A stretch of DNA of 63,726 nucleotides, counting the filler, from Aduncisulcus paluster (taxonomy: Eukaryota): the NCBI GenBank assembly GCA_024181965.1. It is 16 parts of 16 records of this genome, joined end to end, with 100 filler letters (N's around TTAATTAATTAA, not from the genome) between each part and the next. Parts side by side here need not be neighbours in the genome. Positions count along the whole stretch, not along the records: positions 45,527 to 51,184 come from BQXS01000487.1; positions 51,285 to 52,657 come from BQXS01000488.1; positions 52,758 to 54,009 come from BQXS01000489.1; positions 54,110 to 62,233 come from BQXS01000493.1; 12 more parts are not named here. One strand, written 5' to 3'. The position numbers and the translations under genes are program-made. The notes beneath the pieces are model-generated. The model was not told where the DNA came from, did not search any database, and saw only the letters and a list, made by a program, of their open reading frames with translations. Positions 45,527 through 57,100 of the stretch are shown piece after piece. The stretch's first letter is position 1. Each line of letters begins with the position of its first letter.

Positions 45527-46623
45527 ACCATCTTTCCATCACTCACAATTGAAAGGATGTCAGAAGTAGCTTCAAGGGAGGATTTTACACATTCAACGTA
45601 TTTTTCACTCTTAGTGGATACTTTCCCAAGGACAACAATGTGATTTGGGAATGAACATGGGATAACCTGGACATTTTCAAACTCCTTCCGAATCACACAT
45701 GGGACGGATATGAATGGATCTTCACTGGAAGTGGCAGCTGCGGCCTCCAATGCATCAATCGAAGGGATGGTGAGATGGATGATGGATGAACTCGAACCAA
45801 TGAACAAAGTGTAAGAAGAAGCAGAGGCTTCTCCATCATGAAAGATGGGACACATGACAAGAGAGAGTCCACGAGAATTAATGACAACATCTTCTCCATC
45901 ATAAACAAGAGCAAGACGAACAGCACGTGTTCCACCAATGGGGAGAGCGTAGAGAGAGTTCTTGCTTGAAAAGATATCAACAGGATAAGTCCCATCATTG
46001 GGTGCAAGGAAGGCATTGTGATAGTCAGCAATTTTACAAATCTCATAGTTGTCCTTCCACGATGTCTCGATTGAGCTCAATAAAGTATAGCCTTCAGAGG
46101 AAGCAGTTTGATATTCAGCATTGGTTTGGAAATCTTCACGACGGACATCAATGGGAAGAGAAGCAAACTCACTGAAGGGAACAGCGAGAGTTGTACTCCA
46201 TGTTGAGAGAACAAAACGACCATCTCCAAGAACACCAGAAATTGCACCAGGCACTCTAGGAAACCAGTGATTATTTGTAAGAGCAGTGACGGACCCATCA
46301 GTTTCATCAATAGAAAAGCTCCGATATCCAGTACCAAGGCAGTTTTTAGCCGTAAAGAAACTTCCAACGACAGTGTAAATCCCATCTTGGAAGGAAAATG
46401 CCGAACATTTGTCAATTTCACCAATTTCACGTCCTTGTTTGACAAGGTGTAAAGAAGAATACGTTTCTCCATCTTCTGTTGACATGATATAATTTGCGAA
46501 CTGAACAGTAAACTTTGGAGATATGGAAAGTGTCTTTGGGATTACTGTGGCCTTTGATGAAAAACCTGAATCAGAACCCACAGATATGAATTCATCGATA
46601 GGATTTAATACAAATTCAGGCAT
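45527..46623 (-). CDS. Hypothetical beta-strand-rich protein (3' truncated)
   Basis: Uninterrupted ORF of about 365 aa from ATG 46623 with host-like codon usage; no family recognised. Confidence 0.7.
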
Positions 46624-47194
46624 TTATGTTTTTGTTATATTCCCAAATCAACGACATCTTCAAAATCGACAAAATGTCTCGAATAAGAACAACTAATGAG
46701 AAAGTAAATGGTTAAAGTGAATTTATATTTCTATAAAAACTAAAAATAATACCAATTAAATGATCCCATTTGGCTTATAATAGAATCTAGTCGGGAGTAG
46801 TAAAAAATAAGCAATTTATTGAGAATCAAAATAGCTGTTATAACCTATAACGTATAGACACTTCTTTAACTTTCTTTCGGTCATCTCATAGATAAACAAT
46901 GACCAAGACATTGTGGGGGGGTATGCTATCATAGTATGATCTCTGCTTCACAATGGATTGGCATCAGTCATCACATGATAGAATACCAATAACTATCTGT
47001 GTATAGTGGAATAACCTGGGCGTAGTATGAGATTATCTCCACAATCTTCTCCAAAATATCCAATATCGAATAGTCACACAATAATATGACATAAACATCA
47101 TTATTATCACAACTATCCGTTTTGTATGAGTTATTTTATAAAACAATTTCATCATGTTCCATTCAATTTTCCCTCTTCAAGCCCTCATCTCACG

Positions 47195-49726
47195 TTAAAA
47201 CAAGTTCAGATCAGATATATTGAAATCACTCATGCACAACAGAGCAATGACAACGCCCACTATTGCAATGAACAAGAAGATGACGGAGAACATCATACAG
47301 GGACCTGCATTGCCATACATCATGCGTGATCTTGTCTTAACCAGGCGTAACAACAACCCAAGCCTTCTCAGAACAATCTCTTGCCTGGGGAGAATGTCTC
47401 CCTCTTCTTCCTCGGTCCCAACCAAGAGATCGGATGAGGAGAGCAGAGCAACATGTTTCAAGCTCAAGGAATAAAGGAAAGTGGATGCTTTTCCATGGCG
47501 GAGCTGTGCAAGACTATCTTCGTTTTGTGATAACATATCAATAACTCTTATCATTTCTGCATCACTGACACATATTGCCTTGAATTCATCAGTGAGGGCA
47601 CATCTAGCAAGATAATATGGGAATTTGATACGATTGAGGAAGGTGACAAGGGGAGAATCTGAAAAAAGTGGGCAAAAAATATCAACAATTGTTATAACAT
47701 CACTCAACATTTGAATATTAACATTTCCAGTGGACATTTTGAGGGTATCCTTTACGAAAGATTCAGAAAGAGAGGAAAGGGTAGAAAACGTAGAGGAAAT
47801 CAACTTGGATTCTTCGAGGTTCACCATGACTTGTGGTGAGGACGAGTCCTTTCCATCTTTCTTCACATCCTTAATATCAGAACAAGGAGAATTGGCTTTA
47901 AGAAGAGTGAAATCAATATCTTGACAAATGGCACAAAAACCACGCAATAAAGTGACAAAACTCTCCTTTAACCACAACACGTCAGAGAATTCCTCTTCGA
48001 TAATAAGGATAATCTTAAACAATTCAGAATAACTTGAGATATCAAGAACATTCAATTGAAGAACAATCTTGAATACATTGTGGACGGCAGAATCACAGGA
48101 AATGGACAAGACTTTCAGAGCTGCAAGAGATGCGTCTAAACATTCCTCTTTTTGTTCGACGTCGAGCGCTGAGCGAAACTCTTCGGTAAACTGAATAAAA
48201 TTGTTATAAATTGAATAAAATTCTTCTGTCAAAGTCTTTTTGCCATCAGACAAGAAATTTTCTTGGAGAGAGGCTACTTCTTTAAAGAGCTCAAAAACGT
48301 CAGAACATGCGTCAACTGGTGCGTTCTCAATGGAAATCTTGGAAATAGCAAAGAAAGGATGGATATCTTCTTCATCTTGTGGCTCAAGTGAAGAAATGGA
48401 ATCTTGTTGTTTAGCATCATCAATTATAAAGGGGGGAAAGGGGGATAAACTCTTAGGAGATATGGATATAAGCTTCAAAAAGGATGATTGTTTGGATATT
48501 GAAACTAAATATTTCAATATTTTTGAGGATTCTTCTTCATGGGGGGATATTAATGTCATTCTTTTTGAGATGAATTTGAGAATCCCACTCACGATAAGTA
48601 AATAGTCAGTCCCAACAACCAAGCCCTTCCAGGGCCTTCGTTCTGTTTGCTTGAACAATTCCGTACATAATGATAACATGGAGGAGACAGCGGGCATCGA
48701 TAATTTGCTCCCTTCAAGAAAAATGAACAGATCGTGAAGAGATGACAAACTCACAACTATTGCAGATTTTTTCGCTTTTGCGGGACGTTGATGGTGGTCT
48801 TTGTCGCCTTCCATTCCACTCTCTTCTCTGGATTCCTCATGGTCATGGTCGGACAGAGTCAAAACTCCATCAACATCATCAAGAACATCATCAATGGAAA
48901 TTGAATCCGATTCTTCTTCTGTCTCTTCTTCAGAAGATGCTTCTTCCCTTTCTTTTGCTTGTCTATCTTGCATTAACTCTGTATGTTGAGCTACTCTCTC
49001 AAGCAACGAGGATACAGAATATCCACGCTCAGCAAGACTCTTACACGCACCAATAATGCGATGAAAGAGATGAAGGGATGTGCATATGGATGAGCATTGG
49101 GTAATTGCAGAAATAATAGGGGAAATGTGGAAGGATTGGGAGGAATGGGAAGCTTGATGAGAACCATCCTCAGACACTGAAAGAAGGGAGGAAGTAGATG
49201 AGTCACGAGAGAGACGAGGTTGTTGAGAATCAATGGCATGTTTTTTAGCCTGGCGTAGAGCTGTGCGAGTTGAGTAAAAGGGAGCAGAGAGGATAGAATG
49301 TTCAATAACGCTCATTATTGACAATATTGTGCATCTAGAAAGCTTATCAAATGGCAAAATAGAGATATCATGCATAAATCTTGCGGAAAGTTTTGGACGT
49401 TCGAGGTCGTCAAGGAATAGAAACAAAAGACAAATGCAACTTAAAATGGCTTCAAGAACTTCAGAGCTAAATGATTTTGGTTGTGAAAATGTGAATAAAG
49501 CAAGTTTTAAAACTTCTGGTATGTCATTTTCAATGATTTCTTGGGTTAAACCGGGGGACAAATCTTCAATTACACGGCAATAGTCACAGGTAAATTCGAC
49601 ATCTTTCTCAACTGAGATTTTTGTCAAACAATATGAGCATGGTTTAAGATATTCTTTAATACTCGCCCACAACTCATCATTATCGATAGGATATTCTCCA
49701 TCCAAAAGTTCGGTAACAAAGGTCAT
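47195..49726 (-). CDS. Hypothetical alpha-helical (ARM/HEAT-like) protein with a single C-terminal TM segment
   Basis: 843-aa ORF with Leu/Ile/Ser-rich amphipathic helices, an acidic loop, and terminal hydrophobic stretch MMFSVIFLFIAIVGVVIALLC. Confidence 0.75.
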   Translation of the reverse strand: MTFVTELLDGEYPIDNDELWASIKEYLKPCSYCLTKISVEKDVEFTCDYCRVIEDLSPGLTQEIIENDIPEVLKLALFTFSQPKSFSSEVLEAILSCICLLFLFLDDLERPKLSARFMHDISILPFDKLSRCTILSIMSVIEHSILSAPFYSTRTALRQAKKHAIDSQQPRLSRDSSTSSLLSVSEDGSHQASHSSQSFHISPIISAITQCSSICTSLHLFHRIIGACKSLAERGYSVSSLLERVAQHTELMQDRQAKEREEASSEEETEEESDSISIDDVLDDVDGVLTLSDHDHEESREESGMEGDKDHHQRPAKAKKSAIVVSLSSLHDLFIFLEGSKLSMPAVSSMLSLCTELFKQTERRPWKGLVVGTDYLLIVSGILKFISKRMTLISPHEEESSKILKYLVSISKQSSFLKLISISPKSLSPFPPFIIDDAKQQDSISSLEPQDEEDIHPFFAISKISIENAPVDACSDVFELFKEVASLQENFLSDGKKTLTEEFYSIYNNFIQFTEEFRSALDVEQKEECLDASLAALKVLSISCDSAVHNVFKIVLQLNVLDISSYSELFKIILIIEEEFSDVLWLKESFVTLLRGFCAICQDIDFTLLKANSPCSDIKDVKKDGKDSSSPQVMVNLEESKLISSTFSTLSSLSESFVKDTLKMSTGNVNIQMLSDVITIVDIFCPLFSDSPLVTFLNRIKFPYYLARCALTDEFKAICVSDAEMIRVIDMLSQNEDSLAQLRHGKASTFLYSLSLKHVALLSSSDLLVGTEEEEGDILPRQEIVLRRLGLLLRLVKTRSRMMYGNAGPCMMFSVIFLFIAIVGVVIALLCMSDFNISDLNLF

Positions 49727-50402
49727 AAATAAAATATTAACTTAAGTTTGTTAAATAAAACTGGTTTAGGATAAAAAATAAAATAAGTAAGATTTTGGAA
49801 AACTCTTAGAAGCTCAAAAAAATTCAAAATAAAGGTTGCAAATGATCCATGAATAATTGGTTTAACTCATTAATCAAATTTAAATTTATATTATTTTGAG
49901 TATTCTTTGACTATGCAATAAATTCATTTAATGGCTCATTCCTATGTTTAGAATGAAATATTCATTTTCTGCAATCCTATTTCCTTATAACGAAATTTAA
50001 TCGGCTATCCTTGTGTTATATCTGACGATATTGAATATTTATCGATTATTACTCTTTTTACTCAATAATTTTCTTCTTTTTGCCATATTGCTCACTATCT
50101 CTTCAATGACGTGATTTAATGTTGATTAATGGATTTAAATTTTAATTAATGGTTAATTTGTCCCTACTTTGTTTGCTATTTTGTCGTTGTGAGTTGATTT
50201 TTTATGAAGCCAAACCGATCTTTGTGTTTGTCTTTAAAATCTGTCGTTATTTAAGCTCATTTGGTATTATTTTTTATGTACATTTATTTTAGTTTATAAA
50301 AGTTAGACTGCTTAGTTAGATTTTCCATTTTGACCCCGACCCAGTAAAAAAGTTGGTGATTTTCCCTTTTTGACCTAATTCGAAACATCCAACATTCTAA
50401 AA

Positions 50403-51184
50403 ATGTCTGGATCACTTTTTAAACGATCATTAATTGATAAAAAAGACGAAACTTTTACATCAACGCCTTCTATTCATTATACTATCGATTGTTCAGGTTC
50501 AGACGGTAAACCTGGAGTGAATGGGACAGATAGATCGAAATACAAGCCCCTTAGCGACCCTTTATCGTCAGTAACACCAAGACCATCGACGGCCAAGGGA
50601 ATCCCCGGTGCTCGTGGTGGAAATGGAATGGATGGAGATACTGTTGGAGACAAAGAATTTATTTTGACAGGAGACGAACGTTCCATGAGTATTCAAGATA
50701 CCAGCGGAGGATCCCAACCAACTACTCTATATAGTTTTTCTCCCGTTGAAGCCAAAGAAGGTATTGTTCACATTGATTGCTCTGGTGGAGATGGAGGAAG
50801 AGGTGGAGATGGAGAACCAGGTCAGAAAGGAAAACGTGGTGATGCTGGTATTGTTCAAAAAATTACATTAGCTGCCGGTCAGAAGGTCCCTCGTGATCTC
50901 CTTCGTGAGATTCGCGGGAAAGATGGATCCATGGGTGGAACAGGAGCTCCTGGAGGTGCTGCTGGAAATGGAGGGAATGGAGGTGTTGTAATTCTCAAGA
51001 GCAAAGAGCCTGATATGTTTTACTGTGTCTCTGTCGATGTTAAGGGTGGGTTGCCCGGAGAAGGAGGTTTTAGTGGGAAAGGAGGTGAAGGAGGTGAGCC
51101 TGGTGAACCTGGAATGCTTACAGTGATCCAAGAGAAGAAAGTGAAGGACAAGTCTACCACATCCAAGGAAGGAACTCCAACAAC
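50403..51184 (+). CDS. Gly-X-Y repeat (collagen-like/polyglycine) protein, N-terminal fragment
   Basis: Five short GXY runs (e.g. GGDGGRGGDGEPGQKGKRGDAG), three of them introduced by IDCSG/VDVKGG strands; no signal peptide. Confidence 0.75.
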
Positions 51185-51284
51185 NNNNNNNNNNNNNNNN
51201 NNNNNNNNNNNNNNNNNNNNNNNNNNNNTTAATTAATTAANNNNNNNNNNNNNNNNNNNNNNNNNNNNNNNNNNNNNNNNNNNN

Positions 51285-52657
51285 TGTGATTCTTCCAGGA
51301 GCTATGGCTTTTCCTTGAGCAGAGATAGTATATCCAAGGAATTCGACTTGTTCGAAACCAAGACGGCATTTTTCGAAGTTAATCACCAGTCCAACTTCAC
51401 CACACCTCTCCAAAATGGTTTTCAGGTTATGGACGAAGTCGTCTTGAGATGTTCCCAGAACCAATATGTCGTCCATGTAGATGATACACCTGTCGTCGGC
51501 CATTAGATCACCAAACACCGCCTGCATTGTATATTGGAAGTGAGCAGGAGCATTTCGAAGACCAAACGGCATGCATGTATAGTGATAAATCCCAGTCGGC
51601 GTGCGGAATGCAGTAAACAACTGACAATCTGGATGTATGGGTATAAGGTTAAACCCATTGGAGAAATCTAGCGTTCCAAACACTTTCTTTCCTTCCAAGG
51701 AGTCTAAAATGTCGTCAATACGTGGTAAGGGGAACTGGAAGGGGACAGTGATGGAGTTGAGGATTCGGTAATCTATACATAACCTTTGGGAACCGTTCTT
51801 CTTTGGGACGATCACGACAGGAGAGTAGAATGGGCTCATGCTTTTTACAATGAGTCCCAGACCACTCAGCCTTTTGATCTCAGTCTTTAAGAACGTCTTG
51901 TGGGCATTGTTCACTCTACGACCTGAGGAAAGTGTAAACTTTTCACCGGGGATGAGCCTTATGGAGAATGGCTCAACATCGGCTGGTGCAGATCCACGTG
52001 AATCAATTTGAGCAGTGTATCTCTCAATGAGGGGTAAAATCATGAGCTTAAGATGCTTAGCAATCTCAATTTCCTCATGGGTGTCCTCCTCCAGGTCCAT
52101 AGCGTCATCAGGAGGAGGGAGTGCACTGGTAGACAGTAGAGAGAGTAAATCCTTCGACTTAATCGAGGGATATCCAATCACTAATGGCGTATCTGTTACA
52201 CCCATTTCTATAACCACCAGGTTCTCGAGAATAATAGTGGGGATGTGTCCAGGTGGACAGATCCTCAGCTTCAGGGATACTTCTTCCTCGGATTCAATGA
52301 TGGTGCCATCTCCAATAGTAATTCTGCGGGTCTGGTTCTTGATTGGGACGAATAAATCCTTCTTTAATGAACATATGAAGGCTTTGGACACAAAGGACAG
52401 TGATGCTCCTGAGTCCAGTAAAGCTTTCGTCTCGGAAGCAGTCTCACCCTTCGCATTGAGTAGATTGACAGGGAGAACAGGTCTATCATGCATGGCAGAA
52501 GTAGAGAACACCTTGAATGTGTGTGAGCTTCGATTGAGCGGGCAGTCTCGCTTATAATGTCCGAGTTGTTTACAACGGAAACATTTTACCTTAGAAAGGT
52601 CTCTTTGAACCCGGTTCATGGGGGCTCCAGCCGAAGAACAAGAAGAAGTAGACACTC
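51285..52657 (-). mobile_element. Ty3/gypsy LTR retrotransposon gag-pol fragment (zinc knuckle, protease, reverse transcriptase)
   Basis: CFRCKQLGHYKRDC, ALLDSGA, SPVVIVPKKNGSQRLCIDYRILN, TAF, MPFGLRNAPAHFQ, YMDDILV, VEFLGY in one open frame. Confidence 0.96.
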
Positions 52658-53493
52658 NNNNNNNNNNNNNNNNNNNNNNNNNNNNNNNNNNNNNNNNNNN
52701 NTTAATTAATTAANNNNNNNNNNNNNNNNNNNNNNNNNNNNNNNNNNNNNNNNNNNNGGAGTTAATGAGGGACGGAGAGGGTTGGCGAATATCTGATAAT
52801 TGGGAAAATTGACCCCTTTTTGCTTTTTCTTTTTGTTTTGAATCGTTCCAACTCCCCTGAGCTCTCATATTAATTTCGAATTGTTGTCAAAACGGCTAAA
52901 TCTTCACAATCATATCGGACATGTCTTCTCACAATTCAGCTCGATAAAAGATCATAATTAACGGTTTACTTAATTGCTATTTGCAAAGAAAAACTTATAT
53001 GAGTGAAAAAAAATTCATAAAAAAGACCCAGTATTTGTTTATGACCTTGAGGCCGCTGGAAAGCTGATGAGTGCGGTAAACTCCAATTTTAAACGATAAA
53101 AGTCTCAATATTCAACTCGTAATTTCATTTTTCATACAATATTCGAAAATGATTAAGTTTCTGATTCAATACAACAAAAATAGATCAAAGGTCTTAAAAA
53201 CGTTTTGTTGGGGACAAAAAAAAATTAAAATCAATTCAATTATCAAGAATGGCGTTAAAAATTGCATTTTCTTTCTGATAATTTCATGTGTGATGAGAGA
53301 AATTTCTCGAATTCATACACAACACAAGAAAAGATCGAACTTTGACAAAATAAAATATGTAAACTGTCAAATAAAGCATAATAAATGCCCTTTACATTCT
53401 TTTTTTCTTTGTGATGGAAAAAGAATTGGCTGGTCTAAAATAGTCCGTTTTCGATTTGATTTTTTTTTCTTTTTTCTTGACTATTTGATAGAC

Positions 53494-54009
53494 ATGAAAT
53501 ACATCTCTGTCGTATTTGCTAGCATTATTGCTATTGCCTTCGCCTACAGCCACAGTGCTTATGTGGCTTCTCAGGTTGCTGGTCGTACCTCTCTCTGGAC
53601 TCCTGGAGAAGTTACCAGATTCGCTTCCAGACAGGACTTCCTTAACGCTATCATGAGCGAAATTCCTGAAACTCCTAGAGGCTACCCTGTCCAACAATTT
53701 GTTATGAACGATGATCTTCCCGATGAGTTCGACTCTGTTGACCAATGGGGTGATGTGTGTCCCAAGATCGGAGAAGTCCGTGACCAACAATCTTGTGGTT
53801 CTTGCTGGGCTTTCAGTTCTTCTGAGTCTTTGGGTGACCGTTTCTGTATTGCTACCAACGGTGACTTGCTCCAAGATGAGTTCCTCTCCCCCCAATGGTT
53901 GGTTTCTTGTGATCCCTATGACAATGGATGCAATGGAGGAAATGGTGCCCGTGTTGGTTTCTTCTTCAAGAAAGACGGAACCGTCACTGATGACTGTGAC
54001 CCTTACGTT
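53494..54009 (+). CDS. Cathepsin B-like cysteine protease, N-terminal fragment (signal peptide, propeptide, catalytic Cys)
   Basis: Likely start MKYISVVFASIIAIAFA at 53494; LPDEFDSVDQW..C, VRDQQSCGSCWAF, DRFCI, LSPQWLVSCD, GCNGG. Confidence 0.93.
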
Positions 54010-54109
54010 NNNNNNNNNNNNNNNNNNNNNNNNNNNNNNNNNNNNNNNNNNNNTTAATTAATTAANNNNNNNNNNNNNNNNNNNNNNNNNNNNNNNNNNN
54101 NNNNNNNNN

Positions 54110-57100
54110 GTGTGGCTTCATTGAGGAATATTTCATATCCTGCAGTGATCGATTTCGATGGTTCTGCCCTTCTTGACTCTGATCGTGTTTGTCTACTCGA
54201 TGGAATTGAACACTTGACTTCCCTTTCTGGAATCTTGTTGCCGCATCACCAGGTTGAATCTCCTGAACTTCTAATTTGGCTCAACAATATCGACACTATA
54301 TCTTTTGCCAACAATCCTTCTGATGGGTTTTCTGATCTCTCGTTTATTTGTTCCCTTCACTCACTTACTGGTTTGAATCTTGCTTCAATTCCCTCTGTAG
54401 ATGCTCTTCCCGACACTTCCGAGTGTGCTGATACATACACCTCCTTGAGCTCTCTCAATCTCGCAGAAACATCCATTATTGATGTTAGTGCTCTTCTTGT
54501 TGCTACCGACTCTACCAATGTTTCGTTGACGGAGCTGATAATGAATGGTGTGTCGTTGTATGATGATGTTGCAGAAACGACTTCATTGTTTGACCCATCC
54601 ATTCTTGAGAGTTTCTCTTCCATCACATTCTTGGAACTCGCATCCCTGGGTCTTGTAGATTCCGATCTCTTATCCATTGTGCATCTTCCTCTTGTTGAAT
54701 TGAATGTTGCTGATAATTCCCTTGTTGATATCTCTCCTTTATATCAATTGAATGGTGACTTGGCCACACTCGATATCAGCTACAATTCCATCTGTCTTGA
54801 TGGAGTTGATTATGATGACGGTTCCGCATTGTATGATTTCTTCCCTGGAGCTAATTCAAGTGCTAATCCTCCTCCCATCACATCTTCCTCACAGGACACT
54901 TCTTCCTGTGGTTTCTGTTCATCCTCTGAGACTGCTGGAGATGGTACTGATGATCCCGTTATTCATTGTTCAGATACTTCTTCTGCCGCGTCTCTTTCCT
55001 CCAACACGATCTGTCGTAAAGTGTGGGACTGGACAGAAACTGTTGAAGAAGATGATGGCTCTGGTGGAGTTACCACAACCACAATTTACCACGAACAATG
55101 GAGTGTGGAGTGTAATCTGTATAGTTACAAAGTAGATAATGGAGATGGCTCAAGTTCATGTGTGTCATANNNNNNNNNNNNNNNNNNNNTGATTATGATG
55201 ACGGTTCCGCATTGTATGATTTCTTCCCTGGAGCTAATTCAAGTGCTAATCCTCCTCCCATCACATCTTCCTCACAGGACACTTCTTCCTGTGGTTTCTG
55301 TTCATCCTCTGAGACTGCTGGAGATGGTACTGATGATCCCGTTATTCATTGTTCAGATACTTCTTCTGCCGCGTCTCTTTCCTCCAACACGATCTGTCGT
55401 AAAGTGTGGGACTGGACAGAAACTGTTGAAGAAGATGATGGCTCTGGTGGAGTTACCACAACCACAATTTACCACGAACAATGGAGTGTGGAGTGTAATC
55501 TGTATAGTTACAAAGTAGATAATGGAGATGGCTCAAGTTCATGTGTGTCATATCTTGATGAATCGGATAACTACACTCCTCCTGCCTCATTCCCCACGTG
55601 TGTAAACTTTTCCTTGGATAATTTGAATATTGAGTGTTGCGATAACTATGGTAATGATAACTCTTGTATTGAAGGATGGTATGGTTCCTCTTGTGATGAG
55701 AAATGTCCTTCAATTAACTATGAGATGTGTGGTGGATATGGTGATTGCTCTGATGCTACACATACATGTGTGTGTAATGATGGAATGACTGGAGAATTCT
55801 GTTCAGAAATGTCAAATGTTGCTCTATCTGCTTTTATATGTAACAATTTATCTGATTCTTCCAAAGTTGAGCTTGTACCTGGTGAATCAATTTCATGCTT
55901 TGGCGATAACTCAGAGGAAATGCTTCCTTCTGACTTGATTAAGATCAAATACTTGAATTTATCAGGTGAAAGTGGTAATATTACGACATTGGAAGGGCTT
56001 TCTGCTGCCACAAATCTTGAGTCACTGGATATTTCGAACTTGACATTCGATTCTGATGAATATTCCTCTTTAAACTTATCTTTGTTGCAAGATCTTTCAA
56101 ACCTTTATACTTTAAATATTGCCAACACGAATGTTATTCTTGATGCTGATTCGAATCTCCCTTCTTCTCTTATTGAAGTTAACATTGACAACACTGATCA
56201 AACATCCTTCGAGTTTATCCCAACTGGAGTACAGATTTTATACGCTAATTCATGTACTAATCTTGGAACTTTTTTGGATCAATTGAAGGAATTCGAAGAT
56301 CTCACTGTTCTTGAGCTTTCTGGTTGTCAGATATCTGATCCATCCCCATTGTATGTGCTCGATTCTCAGCTCACTGACCTTGATATCTCCTACAATAACA
56401 TATGTGGAAGTGACATTTCCTCTGTCATGAACTCAAAGTTCTCGCACGTCGATGTAATTTTTGGGAATCAAACATGTTTCTGCCCTGGATTTACTGAAGA
56501 ACTTTTGGGAGACAGCAAGGTCTGCAGTGAGACCAAGCCTGGGTCTACCGCATGGTATGTTGTGTGTGCCAGTGATTCATACATATCATATACTGATGCA
56601 TCGACATTTTCATGCTTTTCTCCTCTCAATTCAGACAACACCACATATGGATGTGCTGGAGGATGTGCGTATGGGTATGAATGTCGAAAGGATTCAGAAT
56701 CAGACCCTCCTGCGTGTCAACAAGTCATTGTTGATGTTGAACTCCATTCCTGTGTTGCTGATATGTTTGGTGATGACGAGACACATGTCATTGTTGGGAC
56801 TGCTTCTGATGGCGTATCTGAATTGATGTTGTTCAGTGTGGCTTCACTGAAAACTCTTGTGAGTGTGGAGGACATTTATACCGGTGCATACGTTCCCATG
56901 TTATCTTGTTCCTATTCCACTGTGTCAAGTGTGGCTGGAATTGAACATTTAGTCAATGTTAAAGAAATTAAATTGATTCAGTCATTTGATTCTGGTAGTA
57001 TTGTGGATCTTAAATATCTATCAAGTTTATCAAATCTTTTGAATTTATACTTACCTTGGAACAGTTGTTTGACTACACTTCCTGATATGACTTTGTTGAA

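Noticed and set aside
53040-53110. CTGATGAG as a hammerhead ribozyme core
   Set aside because: No correctly placed GAAA with stems II and III could be built.
53149-53493. Long N-terminal extension of the cathepsin ORF
   Set aside because: AT-rich promoter-like sequence; a clean signal peptide starts at ATG 53494.
2150-55551. Direct duplications flanking the six 20-N gaps (2484, 6181, 9279, 22948, 30391, 55170)
   Set aside because: Each is a 200-370 bp near-exact overlap on both sides of a scaffold gap, the signature of unmerged contig ends rather than real tandem repeats.
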